A stretch of DNA of 64,000 nt from an uncultured Carnobacteriaceae bacterium (GTDB lineage: Bacteria; Bacillota; Bacilli; Lactobacillales; Carnobacteriaceae_A), in contig CAZUZA010000001.1 in NCBI GenBank assembly GCA_964624875.1, positions 50,660-114,659 on the forward strand. Direction: 5' to 3'. Position numbers and translations under genes: made by a program. The number at the start of each line of letters is the position of its first letter. Within the stretch, counting starts at the first letter, position 1. Under the pieces are notes generated by a model. That model saw only the letters and a list, made by a program, of their open reading frames with translations, ran no database searches and was not told the origin of the DNA. Shown here piece by piece: positions 17,256-28,724 of this stretch.

Positions 17256-20200
17256 TTAAATTACAGGAATTGTTTGTGCTAAATCTAAAGAGATTATATG
17301 AACTGCTACAACTGGACGTTTTTTAATGGTTTCAAGAGCTTGTTTATACAACATCAGTTGCCCTTTGTACCGTTTAATTAATTCATCTGCTGCACGTTCC
17401 CCTAAATGACTAACGTGGTCCGTTTTATAATCAAATAAAACAAAACCAGCTTCTGTTTCATAAAAGCCATCAATGATACCGTGAATTAAAACAGAATCAT
17501 CTACTTCTTCCATCCCGGTAAAAATGTCTGAAGCCTTCATCATTAACGAGAATAAAACTTCCTTTTCGACCTTCTTATGATTCGCAATAATTTCTCGACC
17601 AAAGGGTGTTTCAAAATACGCTAGGATATTAGCTGTATTCATCTCAGAGACAACATTTTCTTCAAGCATCCCTTTTGCCACAATTTCTTCAACTTTAAGC
17701 GCAAGACTTTCAGTTGTTGGTGCACTCGATAAATCGAGTGATTGCAATAAGTAGTGCGTTGCTTGTCCAATTTCTGTTGCAGTAGGTGCAGTGACTTCTT
17801 CTAAGAACTTAGGTCGTTTTAAGAAGTCTTCTGTGTATCTATTCTCACGACTCTGTACTCCCCATTCAATTTTAGCTAGTTGCCCATCATTTGGTTCTTC
17901 AAAAAGTTGCTTAACTTCCGAAACGGATTGATAGTTCGTTGTTTGTGTCGACAATTGATAAGGATAATTATACTGTGCTAAATCTACCGTATACTTCACA
18001 GCATCTTTTATAGCTTTATCTGCTGTCACTTTGAGCTGTTTATTTTTTAAGCTTTCTAACCAAAGTGAGGTTTCTTGATCTTCGACCGTAATAAGCTCCT
18101 TGTTAATTTGTTCAGCTGTATAGAAACGCAGTGTGAATTCCACCGGATCTTTTTTGATTGTTGTATTTTCCTGTACAGAATATACTTGGTTATCCAAGAT
18201 TTGATGTCGCGCAACAGCTGTACCAATCCAATCCATATAGTTATTCAAAGATAATCGTAATTGCCCAGGCAGGATCATGTCACTTTGACCGTTCCCTTTG
18301 TCCCAACTCTCATAAGCTTTTTCTTCCGAACGTTTGGTCCCCACCAGAAACAATTTTTGTTCGGCTCGGGTTAAAGCAACATACAACACACGCATTTCTT
18401 CAGCATATGCATGTTTCTTTTTTAAGTTTTTAATTGCTGTATCAACAAGCGTGGATGTTTTAATACGTGTCTCTGGATTTTTATATTGGAGCCCAATACC
18501 AAGTTCACGATCAAAAACATATTCACCAGTCCAATCCGCATCATTAAACTTTTTTGACATGTCCATTATAAACACAAGGGGAAACTCTAAGCCTTTACTT
18601 GCATGAATTGTCATCACTCGAACTGCATTTTGTTCTGAAATAATGGACGTTGGTTCCGCTAAGTCCTTATCGCGTTCTTGCATTTTATTAATAAAACGAA
18701 TAAAACGATATAAGCCTTTAAAAGATGTTTTCTCATAAGAGGCGGCTCGTTGATAAAGAGCTTCTAAGTTCGCTTTTCGCTGTCGCCCACCACTCATGCC
18801 TCCGACATAATGAATATAGCCTGTCTCTTGATATAAGAGGCGTAGAAGCTCGACTACTGAATGACGACGTGCATACTCACGCCATTTGTTTAATTGCTTT
18901 ACAAATGCTTGAACTTTTACTTGAACAGTAACATTTCTTCCGTCTTCAAAATCAGCTTCTGCATAATTTAAGAGAGCATCATAGAAATCAGCTTGTTTAT
19001 CTTGTAAACGAATATAAGTTAGTTCCACCTCATTTAGACCAACTATAGGTGATCTTAATGTTGCAACTAAAGGAATATCTTGTCGTGGATTATCAATCAC
19101 TTGTAAAAGCGACATTATGATGGTTACTTCAGTTGTTTGGAAAAAGTTTTGTGTTTCATTCACAGCAGTCGGTATATTAACTTCTTGAAATATTTCTTGA
19201 ATCCTCAGGTTGTTGCTCTTCGTTGGTGTTAATAGGACAATGTCACGGTATTCAAGAGGTCTCATTATATCTTTCTTTTTATCATAAACTTCAAAATTAT
19301 TATCCATTAATTCTTTGATTCGAGCAGCAACCATAGAGATTTCAGCAGTACTTTTATCTTTAATCAATGAATTGTTTGCCTCAGATTCTTCGATCACAAA
19401 ATCTTCTTCCGAATCTTTTTCATAAAGTAAAAGTTCCGTTGCATACTGTGAGTCGTCTTCAAAATTCTTATTTCCAAAGACAAGTTCTGCATTTTTATCA
19501 TAAGATAGATTGCCGACTTCCTCGTCCATTAATTGTTTAAAAATAAAGTTGGTAAAGGATAAGACACTTTCACGAGAGCGAAAATTTTCGGCTAAAATAA
19601 TACGATTACCAGCGCTGCCCTCTTGGTACGCACTGTACTTCGATAAAAATAAACTTGGATCAGCTAGTCGGAAACCATAAATAGATTGCTTCACATCGCC
19701 TACCATAAAGTAATTGCCTTCTGCTGCATCTGCTCGTGTTAGACGAAGTAAGATCGCTTCTTGCAATGCGTTTATATCTTGGTATTCATCTACAAGAACT
19801 TCGCTAAACTTATTTCGGTAATATTGTGAAGCTTCAGAAACCCCTTCACTACTATCCCCTTTTAAAATTTGTAGCGTTAAATGTTCTAAGTCATTAAAGT
19901 CAATTAGTTTTCTTTCAGCTTTAAAATCTTGGTAAGCATTAGAGAATAATTGTGTCATTTCAGCTAGAACTTCTACATACTCACTTGTTTTTTGGATAAT
20001 TTCCACTTGTTCAGCAGGTGAATAAACAAACGTTTTTTCAAAGTTTTGGTAGCCCGATTTGGCTTGATCACGTAATATCTTTATTTCATCGTTATAAACT
20101 TCTAGAACGTCTTCTGGTGTTGTTTTCTTTGCTGGTCCACGAAGAACCCCAAAGTCAAATTTTCCTTCCATATAGCTATGAAATTCATCTAAACGATCGT

Positions 20201-21026
20201 CCATCACAAGTTGATGGACCATTTCATAATGGCTTTTATCTAAACGCATTCTAGCGATTTGTTTTTCTAAATGATCATCGTTGTTCGTTAAGGACAGTGC
20301 TTGATCAATTAATTGAATAAAAAATGATAGTTCATCTAACCATTGTTGCTTAATATAATCTTGATAAACAGATGAATTCGCTAGATCCCCTCTAGGAACA
20401 TCATATAAGTTTTTTAAATGACTTAACCATTCTTTAGGGTTTTCATTTGCTCGTGAAAACTCATGTAGACGAAAAACCATCTGGGTAATATTGTCGTCGT
20501 TTCTATCACCAGCATAAGCTTCCATAAAGTTTATAAATTCTGGTCTAGCTTCCTTATACAATTCTTCAATTAACTCATCCCATATATCTTCTTTAATCAG
20601 TTCTATTTCCGTATCATCTGTTAACTGACGAAAAACAGGGTCAAAATCAATTAAATAATAGTATCGTTCAATCACTTTTAAACAAAAAGAGTGCAAAGTA
20701 GAAACGTTCGCATGACCTAATTTTGGTAATTGGGCTACTAAATGCGTTCTGGTTTCAAATTCAGGATCGGCATTGATTTCATCATGAATAGCATCTTGAA
20801 TTCTTTGCTTCATTTCTTTCGCGGCCGCATTGGTAAAGGTTACGACTAATAACTCATCGACGGCTACACCTTTTTTAATTTGTTCAATAATACGATTAAC
20901 GAGAACCATTGTTTTTCCTGAACCAGCCGAAGCGGATATTAATAAATTCGAACCCGATGCATGAATGGCTTCCCACTGTTGATCGGTAAACATTGAATCA
21001 GGTGTTTTCATTGGTATTCCGTTCAT
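17256..21026 (-). CDS. addA: Helicase-exonuclease AddAB subunit A
   Basis: SASAGSGKT, VTFTNAAA, VDEYQD, VGDVKQSIYGFR, MTIHASKGLEF, EEMRVLYVALTRA and nuclease GIID...DYKTD motifs. Confidence 0.98.
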   Translation of the reverse strand: MNGIPMKTPDSMFTDQQWEAIHASGSNLLISASAGSGKTMVLVNRIIEQIKKGVAVDELLVVTFTNAAAKEMKQRIQDAIHDEINADPEFETRTHLVAQLPKLGHANVSTLHSFCLKVIERYYYLIDFDPVFRQLTDDTEIELIKEDIWDELIEELYKEARPEFINFMEAYAGDRNDDNITQMVFRLHEFSRANENPKEWLSHLKNLYDVPRGDLANSSVYQDYIKQQWLDELSFFIQLIDQALSLTNNDDHLEKQIARMRLDKSHYEMVHQLVMDDRLDEFHSYMEGKFDFGVLRGPAKKTTPEDVLEVYNDEIKILRDQAKSGYQNFEKTFVYSPAEQVEIIQKTSEYVEVLAEMTQLFSNAYQDFKAERKLIDFNDLEHLTLQILKGDSSEGVSEASQYYRNKFSEVLVDEYQDINALQEAILLRLTRADAAEGNYFMVGDVKQSIYGFRLADPSLFLSKYSAYQEGSAGNRIILAENFRSRESVLSFTNFIFKQLMDEEVGNLSYDKNAELVFGNKNFEDDSQYATELLLYEKDSEEDFVIEESEANNSLIKDKSTAEISMVAARIKELMDNNFEVYDKKKDIMRPLEYRDIVLLTPTKSNNLRIQEIFQEVNIPTAVNETQNFFQTTEVTIIMSLLQVIDNPRQDIPLVATLRSPIVGLNEVELTYIRLQDKQADFYDALLNYAEADFEDGRNVTVQVKVQAFVKQLNKWREYARRHSVVELLRLLYQETGYIHYVGGMSGGRQRKANLEALYQRAASYEKTSFKGLYRFIRFINKMQERDKDLAEPTSIISEQNAVRVMTIHASKGLEFPLVFIMDMSKKFNDADWTGEYVFDRELGIGLQYKNPETRIKTSTLVDTAIKNLKKKHAYAEEMRVLYVALTRAEQKLFLVGTKRSEEKAYESWDKGNGQSDMILPGQLRLSLNNYMDWIGTAVARHQILDNQVYSVQENTTIKKDPVEFTLRFYTAEQINKELITVEDQETSLWLESLKNKQLKVTADKAIKDAVKYTVDLAQYNYPYQLSTQTTNYQSVSEVKQLFEEPNDGQLAKIEWGVQSRENRYTEDFLKRPKFLEEVTAPTATEIGQATHYLLQSLDLSSAPTTESLALKVEEIVAKGMLEENVVSEMNTANILAYFETPFGREIIANHKKVEKEVLFSLMMKASDIFTGMEEVDDSVLIHGIIDGFYETEAGFVLFDYKTDHVSHLGERAADELIKRYKGQLMLYKQALETIKKRPVVAVHIISLDLAQTIPVI

Positions 21027-24000
21027 TCATTTTCCTCCTTAGATTCTGGACTATAGTGCTCTTGTAATAGCTTGAAAAAATCATCTTTGTCTAATGACAT
21101 CATTTCATGGTAATTGTTTTCTGGTAACAATGCATCAAACTGTGAAATAGCTTGATAGCTTCCTCTGACAGATGGCGTGAATAGCTTGTCATCATCTAAC
21201 GGTCTTAGCATGTTTTCACCCGCTAATATACGATTCCCCGCTTCAATAATTTTATCGCGGTTGAAACGTAGAAGCAGTTCAAATTCCTCTTCCGTTATAA
21301 TATTTTTACTCGAATACAAACCACTCTTCAATAATCGGATTGGGTATAAAGGTGAAAAGCCATTTTCTAATTCGGTATCGACAGCTTGTAAAATGTTGTC
21401 ATTATCAACAATTAAACCATCAAACTTATAGCTTTTTAACAGCTCTTCTTTCAATTCTTTTTGTTTTAATGCCTTGGCATCAATGAATGGATGATGCACT
21501 CTCGAATAAAATGCACCGATTCCTTTAGCTTGTTGATTAAAAATTTCCTTTGAATTCGAAAGTACGGTGTCCAAATAAGTAATCATTTGCATCATCAAAC
21601 CGTAGTACATTTTGGGATAATCAAATTTTGTTGAACTCGATTTATAGTCCACAATCCCAGCATATAGCTGTCCATCTTTTGTAAAGGTATCAATTCGGTC
21701 TACTTTTCCACGTAAATGAAGTTCGCCACCATTTTTCATTGGGAACGATAAGCCTTGGACCCCTTTATCTGCGCCAATTCTTCCAAACAGTAACTCTGTC
21801 TTACTTGCTCGTAGTTGGCTACGTTTCGCTTGGTTTACAATGGACCAAACCATGCGTTCGACCGTTTGCGCGAGTTGTTTAAATATAAAATGCATTCGTC
21901 TTGAAGATTGAGATAAACGATATTTATTAGATTGAACGAGAAACTCAAATGCTTCTGTCGTCATTCGTTTTAAATCTGCACTCGTCAATTGCGCTAAGTC
22001 GGTATCTAACTTAAAGATTTGGCTACTAATTAAATCTAACGCATCGTGGAAAAAGTTGCCCGTTTCTAAGGGAGAAAGTTCTTGAATTTGGCGCTCTTTT
22101 AAGCGCAAACCATAAATTAAAAAGTGACTAAAAGGATCCGCATAAAATGTTTCTAATTGAGAAACAGATAAATACAAATCTTTTCCATATAACTCTTCAG
22201 CTAGTGTATCTGGTAGAGGTACAGGGATATTTTTGTGACTTAAACTATTTATAATGAGCTGATGACGAGGGTCACTAGGATTATATAACGCTTCAAATAA
22301 CTTTACCCAGAAGGCTTCAGGCTGCTCGCCTTCATCTATTGCATGTCTCAAACTAATGACCATCTGCCCAAATGTTTGCCCAATAGAGCCTACATAATTT
22401 TTATATTCTTCAATTTCTCTCTCTTGATTAGAAATCGCATTTGCGTATTTTATTTTAGTTGAAATCGGTAAAGCTTTCGTGATTCGTGCCAAGTACGGAC
22501 TAATACGGTTTTCTTTACTTTCTTCATTAGCTATTGGATACGTTAATATAATCTTTTCGTTGGACTGCATTAAAGCTAGGTACATCATAAATGGTTCATT
22601 TGCAGAGCTCTCCACTTCAGATGTTGCTAAATATTTTTCTGAACTTAATTGACTACCTACAAATTCACGATCCTCATCTGTTAAAAGCGATTGACTTGTA
22701 GGTGCTTTCGGAAATTGTGAATCCGTCATCCCAATAATAAAGACAACTTTCTTCGTTTCAATTTTAGGAAAGTCAAAACTTGTTATTAATACTTGATCAA
22801 GTGTTGGTGGCACCATACTAAATGTTGCTTGTTCAAAGCCTGTTTCTATAATTGAAGTAAACAAATCAATATCCCAAGCTTCATCTCCTAATACTTCAAC
22901 AAATTCGTCTAAAAGTGCGATAAAAGTATCCCAAGCTTGCTCATGTTTTCGAGCTTCTTCTAAATCACCTGCAGCAACTAACTGGTCACGCCAGTGCTCA
23001 ATTTGTTTTACTACACCTATTTCAACCATAAATTGATACAGGCTAGTAATGATTTCACGATTGGTTTTTCCTGAATCGAGTTCATCAATAAATGCTACGA
23101 TTTCAGCCCGGAATGTTGCTCTAACATCGTTCGCAATGGCTTGAATATGCAACTCTTTTTCATTTTGCGCAAACTCGCCTTCTAGGTTTAAGCGCGCATA
23201 TAGCCACTCTTCGTCTCGGATCCAATCGCTTCCTTGATAGCCATAAGCTAATGCCACATTTTCAGCGATATCAACTTTGTTGCGCCATGAAGATAAGATT
23301 TCTTCATAGTAATTATTTTTATCTTCAATTTCGTAGAAAGTTTGTTCGCTAATATCCTCTTCTAATACATCAGGACAATACAATTCAGTTCTTAAAAATC
23401 GAAAAATATCATCTAAACGGTAATGCCGCTTTTTTAGTGAAAATAAACTGATAATAAACTCTAAAATAGGATGTTCTGCCATCGTCTCTGTTTCATCCAT
23501 AAAATAAGGAATCTCATTTTCATGAAAGAGCGCGTCAATATTCAACTGGTAACCTTCTAAATCACGTGACATAATTTGAAAATCTTTGTAGCGATATTTA
23601 CCCTCGCCAACTAATTGTTTAATCTTAGTAGCGATATGCATCACTTCGGACTTCTTGTCTTCTGCTGCCCACGCTTCAATGTTATTATAATCATGATTTT
23701 GATATTTATTTAAATCAACATAAGTCGTTGGTGAACTACTGTTTATCCAGTATTCAGCAAGATGAACCACTTCCTGATTCGTACCATTGACACTTTCAGA
23801 GAGTGTTCCAGTAACTAGTGGTTTTAGTATCTCTACTTTATTAATTTGAAAGACTTCCGTTAATTGATGAAATGTTTTCGTTGAGCGGTAAAACGGATTA
23901 CTCAAATGATTATTCTGAAGCGCAATTTCTGCGTTAACTGTTAAACTAATGTTTACTTTTTTTGAATACTTCGCTAAAACAACTAATAATTCTAGCTCTT

Positions 24001-24652
24001 GTGCTGAAAAGTGTTCATAGTGATCAATCATAATCGTTGTTTGACTAAAAAGAGCTTTTCGATCTTTTATATTTTGAATTAACTCAGTATATAAGTCTTC
24101 TTTCTCAAGGTATTTCCCTTTTAATTTCTCATCATATTTACGATATAAAAGAGATAAATCATTCATTTTCCTTTGAAAATTTTCGGGATTTGAATCGCTA
24201 TTCGCTACGATATCGAGTAAGTCTTCGGGAGCGACTTTTCCATTCCGAAGTTCCATAAACAAGGCAACTAAGCGTGTAATAAAGCCAGTTTGCTGACTAG
24301 CACCTCTGAATATTGTTAAGTTCTCTTCTTCATCTTGTAATATATTTCTAACGAGCATGGCTAAACCTGTTTCGGTTAATTGCGGTTGTTGATATATTGG
24401 GTTATCTTGAAGTAAATACCACGCCAGACGGCTAAAACTGAATACTTGTAGACGCATCATTCCACTGTAAGAGCTCTTATCTTCTTCCATAAAATGATTT
24501 AAAATCGTCGTCTCTGCTTCATATTTAACGTTATCAGGGATTAAATAAATAACCCGTTCATCTGGGTTCTCTTTTAAGTATGTATGCATGTGTTCGATCA
24601 TATGTTGTCGCTTTTCTCTTGGATGTTCTCCTAATATAAATTGTACAGGCAT
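21023..24652 (-). CDS. addB: Helicase-exonuclease AddAB subunit B (RexB-type)
   Basis: FSFSRLAW, LYG..L..SVSQLE and nuclease GKVDRID...IVDYKS motifs; overlaps addA by 4 nt. Confidence 0.95.
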   Translation of the reverse strand: MPVQFILGEHPREKRQHMIEHMHTYLKENPDERVIYLIPDNVKYEAETTILNHFMEEDKSSYSGMMRLQVFSFSRLAWYLLQDNPIYQQPQLTETGLAMLVRNILQDEEENLTIFRGASQQTGFITRLVALFMELRNGKVAPEDLLDIVANSDSNPENFQRKMNDLSLLYRKYDEKLKGKYLEKEDLYTELIQNIKDRKALFSQTTIMIDHYEHFSAQELELLVVLAKYSKKVNISLTVNAEIALQNNHLSNPFYRSTKTFHQLTEVFQINKVEILKPLVTGTLSESVNGTNQEVVHLAEYWINSSSPTTYVDLNKYQNHDYNNIEAWAAEDKKSEVMHIATKIKQLVGEGKYRYKDFQIMSRDLEGYQLNIDALFHENEIPYFMDETETMAEHPILEFIISLFSLKKRHYRLDDIFRFLRTELYCPDVLEEDISEQTFYEIEDKNNYYEEILSSWRNKVDIAENVALAYGYQGSDWIRDEEWLYARLNLEGEFAQNEKELHIQAIANDVRATFRAEIVAFIDELDSGKTNREIITSLYQFMVEIGVVKQIEHWRDQLVAAGDLEEARKHEQAWDTFIALLDEFVEVLGDEAWDIDLFTSIIETGFEQATFSMVPPTLDQVLITSFDFPKIETKKVVFIIGMTDSQFPKAPTSQSLLTDEDREFVGSQLSSEKYLATSEVESSANEPFMMYLALMQSNEKIILTYPIANEESKENRISPYLARITKALPISTKIKYANAISNQEREIEEYKNYVGSIGQTFGQMVISLRHAIDEGEQPEAFWVKLFEALYNPSDPRHQLIINSLSHKNIPVPLPDTLAEELYGKDLYLSVSQLETFYADPFSHFLIYGLRLKERQIQELSPLETGNFFHDALDLISSQIFKLDTDLAQLTSADLKRMTTEAFEFLVQSNKYRLSQSSRRMHFIFKQLAQTVERMVWSIVNQAKRSQLRASKTELLFGRIGADKGVQGLSFPMKNGGELHLRGKVDRIDTFTKDGQLYAGIVDYKSSSTKFDYPKMYYGLMMQMITYLDTVLSNSKEIFNQQAKGIGAFYSRVHHPFIDAKALKQKELKEELLKSYKFDGLIVDNDNILQAVDTELENGFSPLYPIRLLKSGLYSSKNIITEEEFELLLRFNRDKIIEAGNRILAGENMLRPLDDDKLFTPSVRGSYQAISQFDALLPENNYHEMMSLDKDDFFKLLQEHYSPESKEENE

Positions 24653-24792
24653 CTGTCTACTCCTTTTCCGTTAGTCTATCTTGTATATTTTACCATAAAG
24701 AGATCAGCTCTTGGTTATCTATCCTCTGATTTATACTTCTATAGAAAATAAAAAACGGAGAAAATATCTCTCCGCTTTTCTAAAATCTATTC

Positions 24793-26022
24793 TTATTTTG
24801 CTAGTAGTTCAATGATTGTACGAATAACATCGGTTGCCTTTTCCATGCTCTCTACAGCAACATATTCATAACGTCCATGGAAGTTCTCTCCACCAGCAAA
24901 TATGTTTGGTGTAGGCAAGCCCATAAATGAAATTTTTGAACCATCTGTTCCACCACGAATCGGTTCTAATATCGGTTCAATACCTAACTCTTTCATAGCT
25001 TGTTCGGCATATTCAACTGAACGCATATCTTTTTCAATAATTTCACGCATATTGTAATATTGATCATTCATTTCAATCTTAATGCGTTCTTCACTGAATT
25101 GACTGTTTAATTCTGCCGCAATCGATAAGATAAGTTCTTTTCTTTCTTCAAACTTCTGCTTATCATGGTCTCGAACAATATAAGATAACTCTGCCTCTTC
25201 AACAGTTCCTGTCATATCTGTTAAGTGGAAGAACCCTTCTCGGCCCTCTGTTTTTTCTGGCACTTCATCTTGAGGCAACTTATCATTATAAGCCATCCCT
25301 AAAGTTAATGCGTTGACCATTTGATCTTTCGCTGTGCCTGGATGCACGTTTTTCCCTTGTACAATAACACGTACGCCAGCAGCGTTGAAACTTTCGTATT
25401 GAAGTTCTCCAACTGGTCCTCCATCAATGGTATAAGCGAAATCTGCTCCAAAGTGATCCACGTCAAAGCGATCTGCTCCCACACCAATTTCCTCATCTGG
25501 CCCAAAACCTAAACGTACTTTCCCATGTTTAATTTCTGGATTTGCTAGTAAGTATTCAACAGCACTTATTGCTTCAACAATACCTGATTTGTCATCTGAA
25601 CCTAGTAAAGTCGTTCCGTCTGTTGTAATTAACGTCTGACCAACGTAATTTTTTAAATTTGGAAAATCTTTAGGTGATAAAACAATCCCTAAATCTTTAT
25701 TTAAAAGAATATCTTCGCCATCATAATTTTCCACGAATTGTGGATTGATGTTTTCTGCATTAAAATCAGCCGTATCATAGTGTGCAATAAAACCTACAGT
25801 AGGAACATCTTTTTCTACGTTGGATGGTAGAGTTGCTGTCACAAAACCATTCGCTTCATTGTATTCAACTTCATCTAACCCTGCTTCAATTAAATCTGGT
25901 ACTAAAACATTTTTAGCAAAATCAACTTGCGATTGTGTTGATGGGATTGTTTGACTCGTTTCGTCTGAACGAGTATTTATTTTTGCGTATTTAATAAAAC
26001 GATCGATTAAATTTGTATACAT
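24793..26022 (-). CDS. pepT: Peptidase T (tripeptide aminopeptidase, M20B)
   Basis: [34 protein letters not shown] and IRGGTDG motifs; start at 26022 from the AGGAG RBS. Confidence 0.97.
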   Translation of the reverse strand: MYTNLIDRFIKYAKINTRSDETSQTIPSTQSQVDFAKNVLVPDLIEAGLDEVEYNEANGFVTATLPSNVEKDVPTVGFIAHYDTADFNAENINPQFVENYDGEDILLNKDLGIVLSPKDFPNLKNYVGQTLITTDGTTLLGSDDKSGIVEAISAVEYLLANPEIKHGKVRLGFGPDEEIGVGADRFDVDHFGADFAYTIDGGPVGELQYESFNAAGVRVIVQGKNVHPGTAKDQMVNALTLGMAYNDKLPQDEVPEKTEGREGFFHLTDMTGTVEEAELSYIVRDHDKQKFEERKELILSIAAELNSQFSEERIKIEMNDQYYNMREIIEKDMRSVEYAEQAMKELGIEPILEPIRGGTDGSKISFMGLPTPNIFAGGENFHGRYEYVAVESMEKATDVIRTIIELLAK

Positions 26023-26035
26023 GTATGTTCTCCTT

Positions 26036-27154
26036 TTAGTGAAATGTAAAAACATCTTTTTGAGAAGTGGCTGCTAGCACTTCAATGTCCCAGCCTTCTT
26101 CTTCATTCCAAGTCTTTAATTGTTCAGTCATTTTTTCGACAAAGATATTTTCGATAAAGTGCCCGGCATCAATAAACGGAAGGCCTTCACGAATCATATC
26201 TTGAGCGCCATGATAAGAAATGTCACCCGTTATATAGAGATCTGCTTTTTTACTTAATGCTTGTTTATAGTATTTTTCTCCCGAACCACCTAATACAGCG
26301 ACTCTTTTTATGTCGTCTTCAAGCTTCATATTCGCATGGCGAATTGTCGGTAATTGAAAAGCTGTCTTTACTTTTTCAATCATTTCACCAAAAGAAATGG
26401 CTTCTTTTAATTCACCAACTCGACCGATTCCATAACTTGTATCTTTTTTTCCGATATCCAAAATATGATAAACCGGTTCTTCATATGGGTGCTTGGCATA
26501 AATGGTCTGAATAACTTGGCCTAAAAGCTGACTTGGGAACAGAAATTCTGCTCTTTCTTCTTTTACTTCTTCTGCTTTATTTAGTTCGCCAATCGTCGGG
26601 TTCGCCCCTATTTCCGGGGTAAAATGACCCAATCCTTCTGAAGTATAAGAAACATTTTTGTAATCTCCTACTTGTCCGACACCAATTTCATGCAATTCAG
26701 CGCGCATATTTTGAGCCTCATTAATCGGCGTATAAAGAACGAGCAATTTCATATCACTTTGATAAGGAGTATCTAAGACTTCTAAAGGTTGCGTTAAGTC
26801 TAGTGCTTCAGCTAACCAATCGTTCATCCCATTTTCAGTGGCATCGATATTCGTATGCGCTGAATATAAGGAAATGTCTGCACGAATTAAATCAATATAT
26901 TGTTTTTGTCGTTTATCCATTTCGTTTATATTTGTAAGTGGTCTGAAAATTGCTGGGTGATGCGTGAAAAGTAAATCAATGTTTTTTTCTTTCGCTTCTT
27001 TTAATGTATTGTCATCAAAATCAAGTGCGACTAACACTCTTTTGACTTTCTTATCCATGGAACCGATCGATAAACCGATTGGATCCCAGTCTTCAGCTAA
27101 ATACGTTGGTGCAAATTCTTCGATTTTACTTGTTATCTTTTGAACCGTTGTCAT
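26036..27154 (-). CDS. Nif3-like dinuclear metal protein with PII-like insertion (YqfO type)
   Basis: AEDWD..GL, THHP, SAHTNID, HPYEEP, TGDISYH and DAGH..E motifs. Confidence 0.93.
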   Translation of the reverse strand: MTTVQKITSKIEEFAPTYLAEDWDPIGLSIGSMDKKVKRVLVALDFDDNTLKEAKEKNIDLLFTHHPAIFRPLTNINEMDKRQKQYIDLIRADISLYSAHTNIDATENGMNDWLAEALDLTQPLEVLDTPYQSDMKLLVLYTPINEAQNMRAELHEIGVGQVGDYKNVSYTSEGLGHFTPEIGANPTIGELNKAEEVKEERAEFLFPSQLLGQVIQTIYAKHPYEEPVYHILDIGKKDTSYGIGRVGELKEAISFGEMIEKVKTAFQLPTIRHANMKLEDDIKRVAVLGGSGEKYYKQALSKKADLYITGDISYHGAQDMIREGLPFIDAGHFIENIFVEKMTEQLKTWNEEEGWDIEVLAATSQKDVFTFH

Positions 27155-27846
27155 TTTATCACCTTCTCAATACGTTTTAGTTTTTGAGTAAATAGTTCTT
27201 TTGTTTCGTGATTGTCTGAATGTTCTAATTGTTTCAAGATATTTTTCAATTTCGTAGCTTGTTTTTGCCATTTATATATGAAGGCTGTTGCTTTTTTTTC
27301 TAATAATTTTGGTCCAAAAAACAACTCTTCTTCCGAATAAGATACTTTCTCATCTTGATACTCGGCCACAATGATTTCATAAATCTTATTGTTTTCTTCT
27401 ATAATATCTTCATGAATAATTTTGTATTGTTTATTCATTAAATAGAATCTTAAACGATCCTCTGCATTGTTCGGTTGTAAGACTAAACGTGCAGTAGATG
27501 GCAATTTATGACGTTCTAAGCCATTCTCTAGTATGTGCGATATAAGTTCCCCACCCATACCACAAATGAATATGGTGCCAATTTCATCCGTTTCATTTAA
27601 TACATCTAAACCGTCACCCATTCGAACTTCAATGCTATCGGATAAGTTTAATTCTTCGACCTTATTTTTTGCATTGTTATATGGCCCTTGTACAACTTCA
27701 CCAGCGATGGCTTTATGTGTAAAACCATTTTGAATTAAGTAAATAGGTAAATAAGCATGATCAGAACCAATATCAACGATTGGTTTATTTCCATTAATAC
27801 TTTCAGATGCTTTTTGCAATCTTTTTGATAATTCAATTTTTCCCAA
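27151..27846 (-). CDS. trmK: tRNA (adenine(22)-N1)-methyltransferase
   Basis: LSKRL, DIGSDHAYLP, GDGL, CGMGG, LVLQPN and YEII motifs; upstream of nif3. Confidence 0.95.
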   Translation of the reverse strand: MGKIELSKRLQKASESINGNKPIVDIGSDHAYLPIYLIQNGFTHKAIAGEVVQGPYNNAKNKVEELNLSDSIEVRMGDGLDVLNETDEIGTIFICGMGGELISHILENGLERHKLPSTARLVLQPNNAEDRLRFYLMNKQYKIIHEDIIEENNKIYEIIVAEYQDEKVSYSEEELFFGPKLLEKKATAFIYKWQKQATKLKNILKQLEHSDNHETKELFTQKLKRIEKVIK

Positions 27847-27935
27847 GAGAAATACACCTAACTCTCTTTATAAAATGATAAAAAAATACCTTCACAAAAC
27901 AAAATGAATTGTTTAGTGAAGGTCATTAAAATTAA

Positions 27936-28559
27936 TTATTCTTCTTCAGAATCTTCTTCACCAATAACTTCTGGTTCAGGCATTTCATCTGTTGATTCTG
28001 TATCTTCTAAATCATCAGAAATATCTTCTGGAGCAACTACTGAAAGAACTGTTTCGTCAGATTCAGTAATTAGAACTGCACCTTCAGGCATTTCGATGTC
28101 AGCAACAGTAACACTGTCTCCGATAGCTAATGCTGATGCGTCAACAACAAAGTTTGTTGGTGCCTCTTCAGGAGCGATTTCAATTTCAATTTCAGAAACT
28201 GACTGTGTAACGTTACCTTCTAAAATCTTCTCTTCACCTTCAACAACTACAGGGATAGTCATAACAACTTTTTCACCAGCTGTAAAGGCTTGTAAATCAA
28301 TGTGATATAATTTTGGAGTAAGTGCAAATGCTTGAGAGTCTTTAACGAAAACTTTGTAGTCTTCCCCTTCAACATCCAGTGTAAATACACCGTTCGCTCC
28401 TACTTCACGAATAATATCTTCAAATCCTTTTAAATCAATTAAAACAGGTAATGATTCAACACTACTTCCATAAATTACAGCAGGTAATTTACCAGCAGCA
28501 CGTGCTTTCTTTGAAGCAGATGTACCCGTTTTTGCGCGTTTTTCCGCAACAATTTTCAT
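27936..28559 (-). CDS. rplY: 50S ribosomal protein L25 / Ctc (long form)
   Basis: R..G.LPAVIYG N-terminal domain, HIDLQ motif, C-terminal TL5-like domain with acidic tail EPEVIGE. Confidence 0.93.
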   Translation of the reverse strand: MKIVAEKRAKTGTSASKKARAAGKLPAVIYGSSVESLPVLIDLKGFEDIIREVGANGVFTLDVEGEDYKVFVKDSQAFALTPKLYHIDLQAFTAGEKVVMTIPVVVEGEEKILEGNVTQSVSEIEIEIAPEEAPTNFVVDASALAIGDSVTVADIEMPEGAVLITESDETVLSVVAPEDISDDLEDTESTDEMPEPEVIGEEDSEEE

Positions 28560-28634
28560 CTAATTCACCTTCCACTCATTATTTAAAAAATATCATTCAG
28601 TTTCATGTATGCATGTCTGAATAAGCCAAGGAGT

Positions 28635-28663
28635 ATTATACCAAAGAACAACTTGTAATGCAA
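28635..28663 (-). promoter_or_regulatory. SigA-type promoter of rplY
   Basis: TTGCAT-N17-TATAAT on the minus strand, downstream of the sigA terminator. Confidence 0.7.
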
Positions 28664-28724
28664 AGAACCTTTACAAAATTTTTCTTCAATTTATTATCCC
28701 TGTAAAAATTACAAATATGTAATT

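Noticed and set aside
27904-28305. 133-aa Ser-rich plus-strand ORF
   Set aside because: Antisense of the Glu-rich part of rplY (GAA read as TCT/TCA/TTC). The same explanation applies to 15800-16105 and the other short antisense ORFs.
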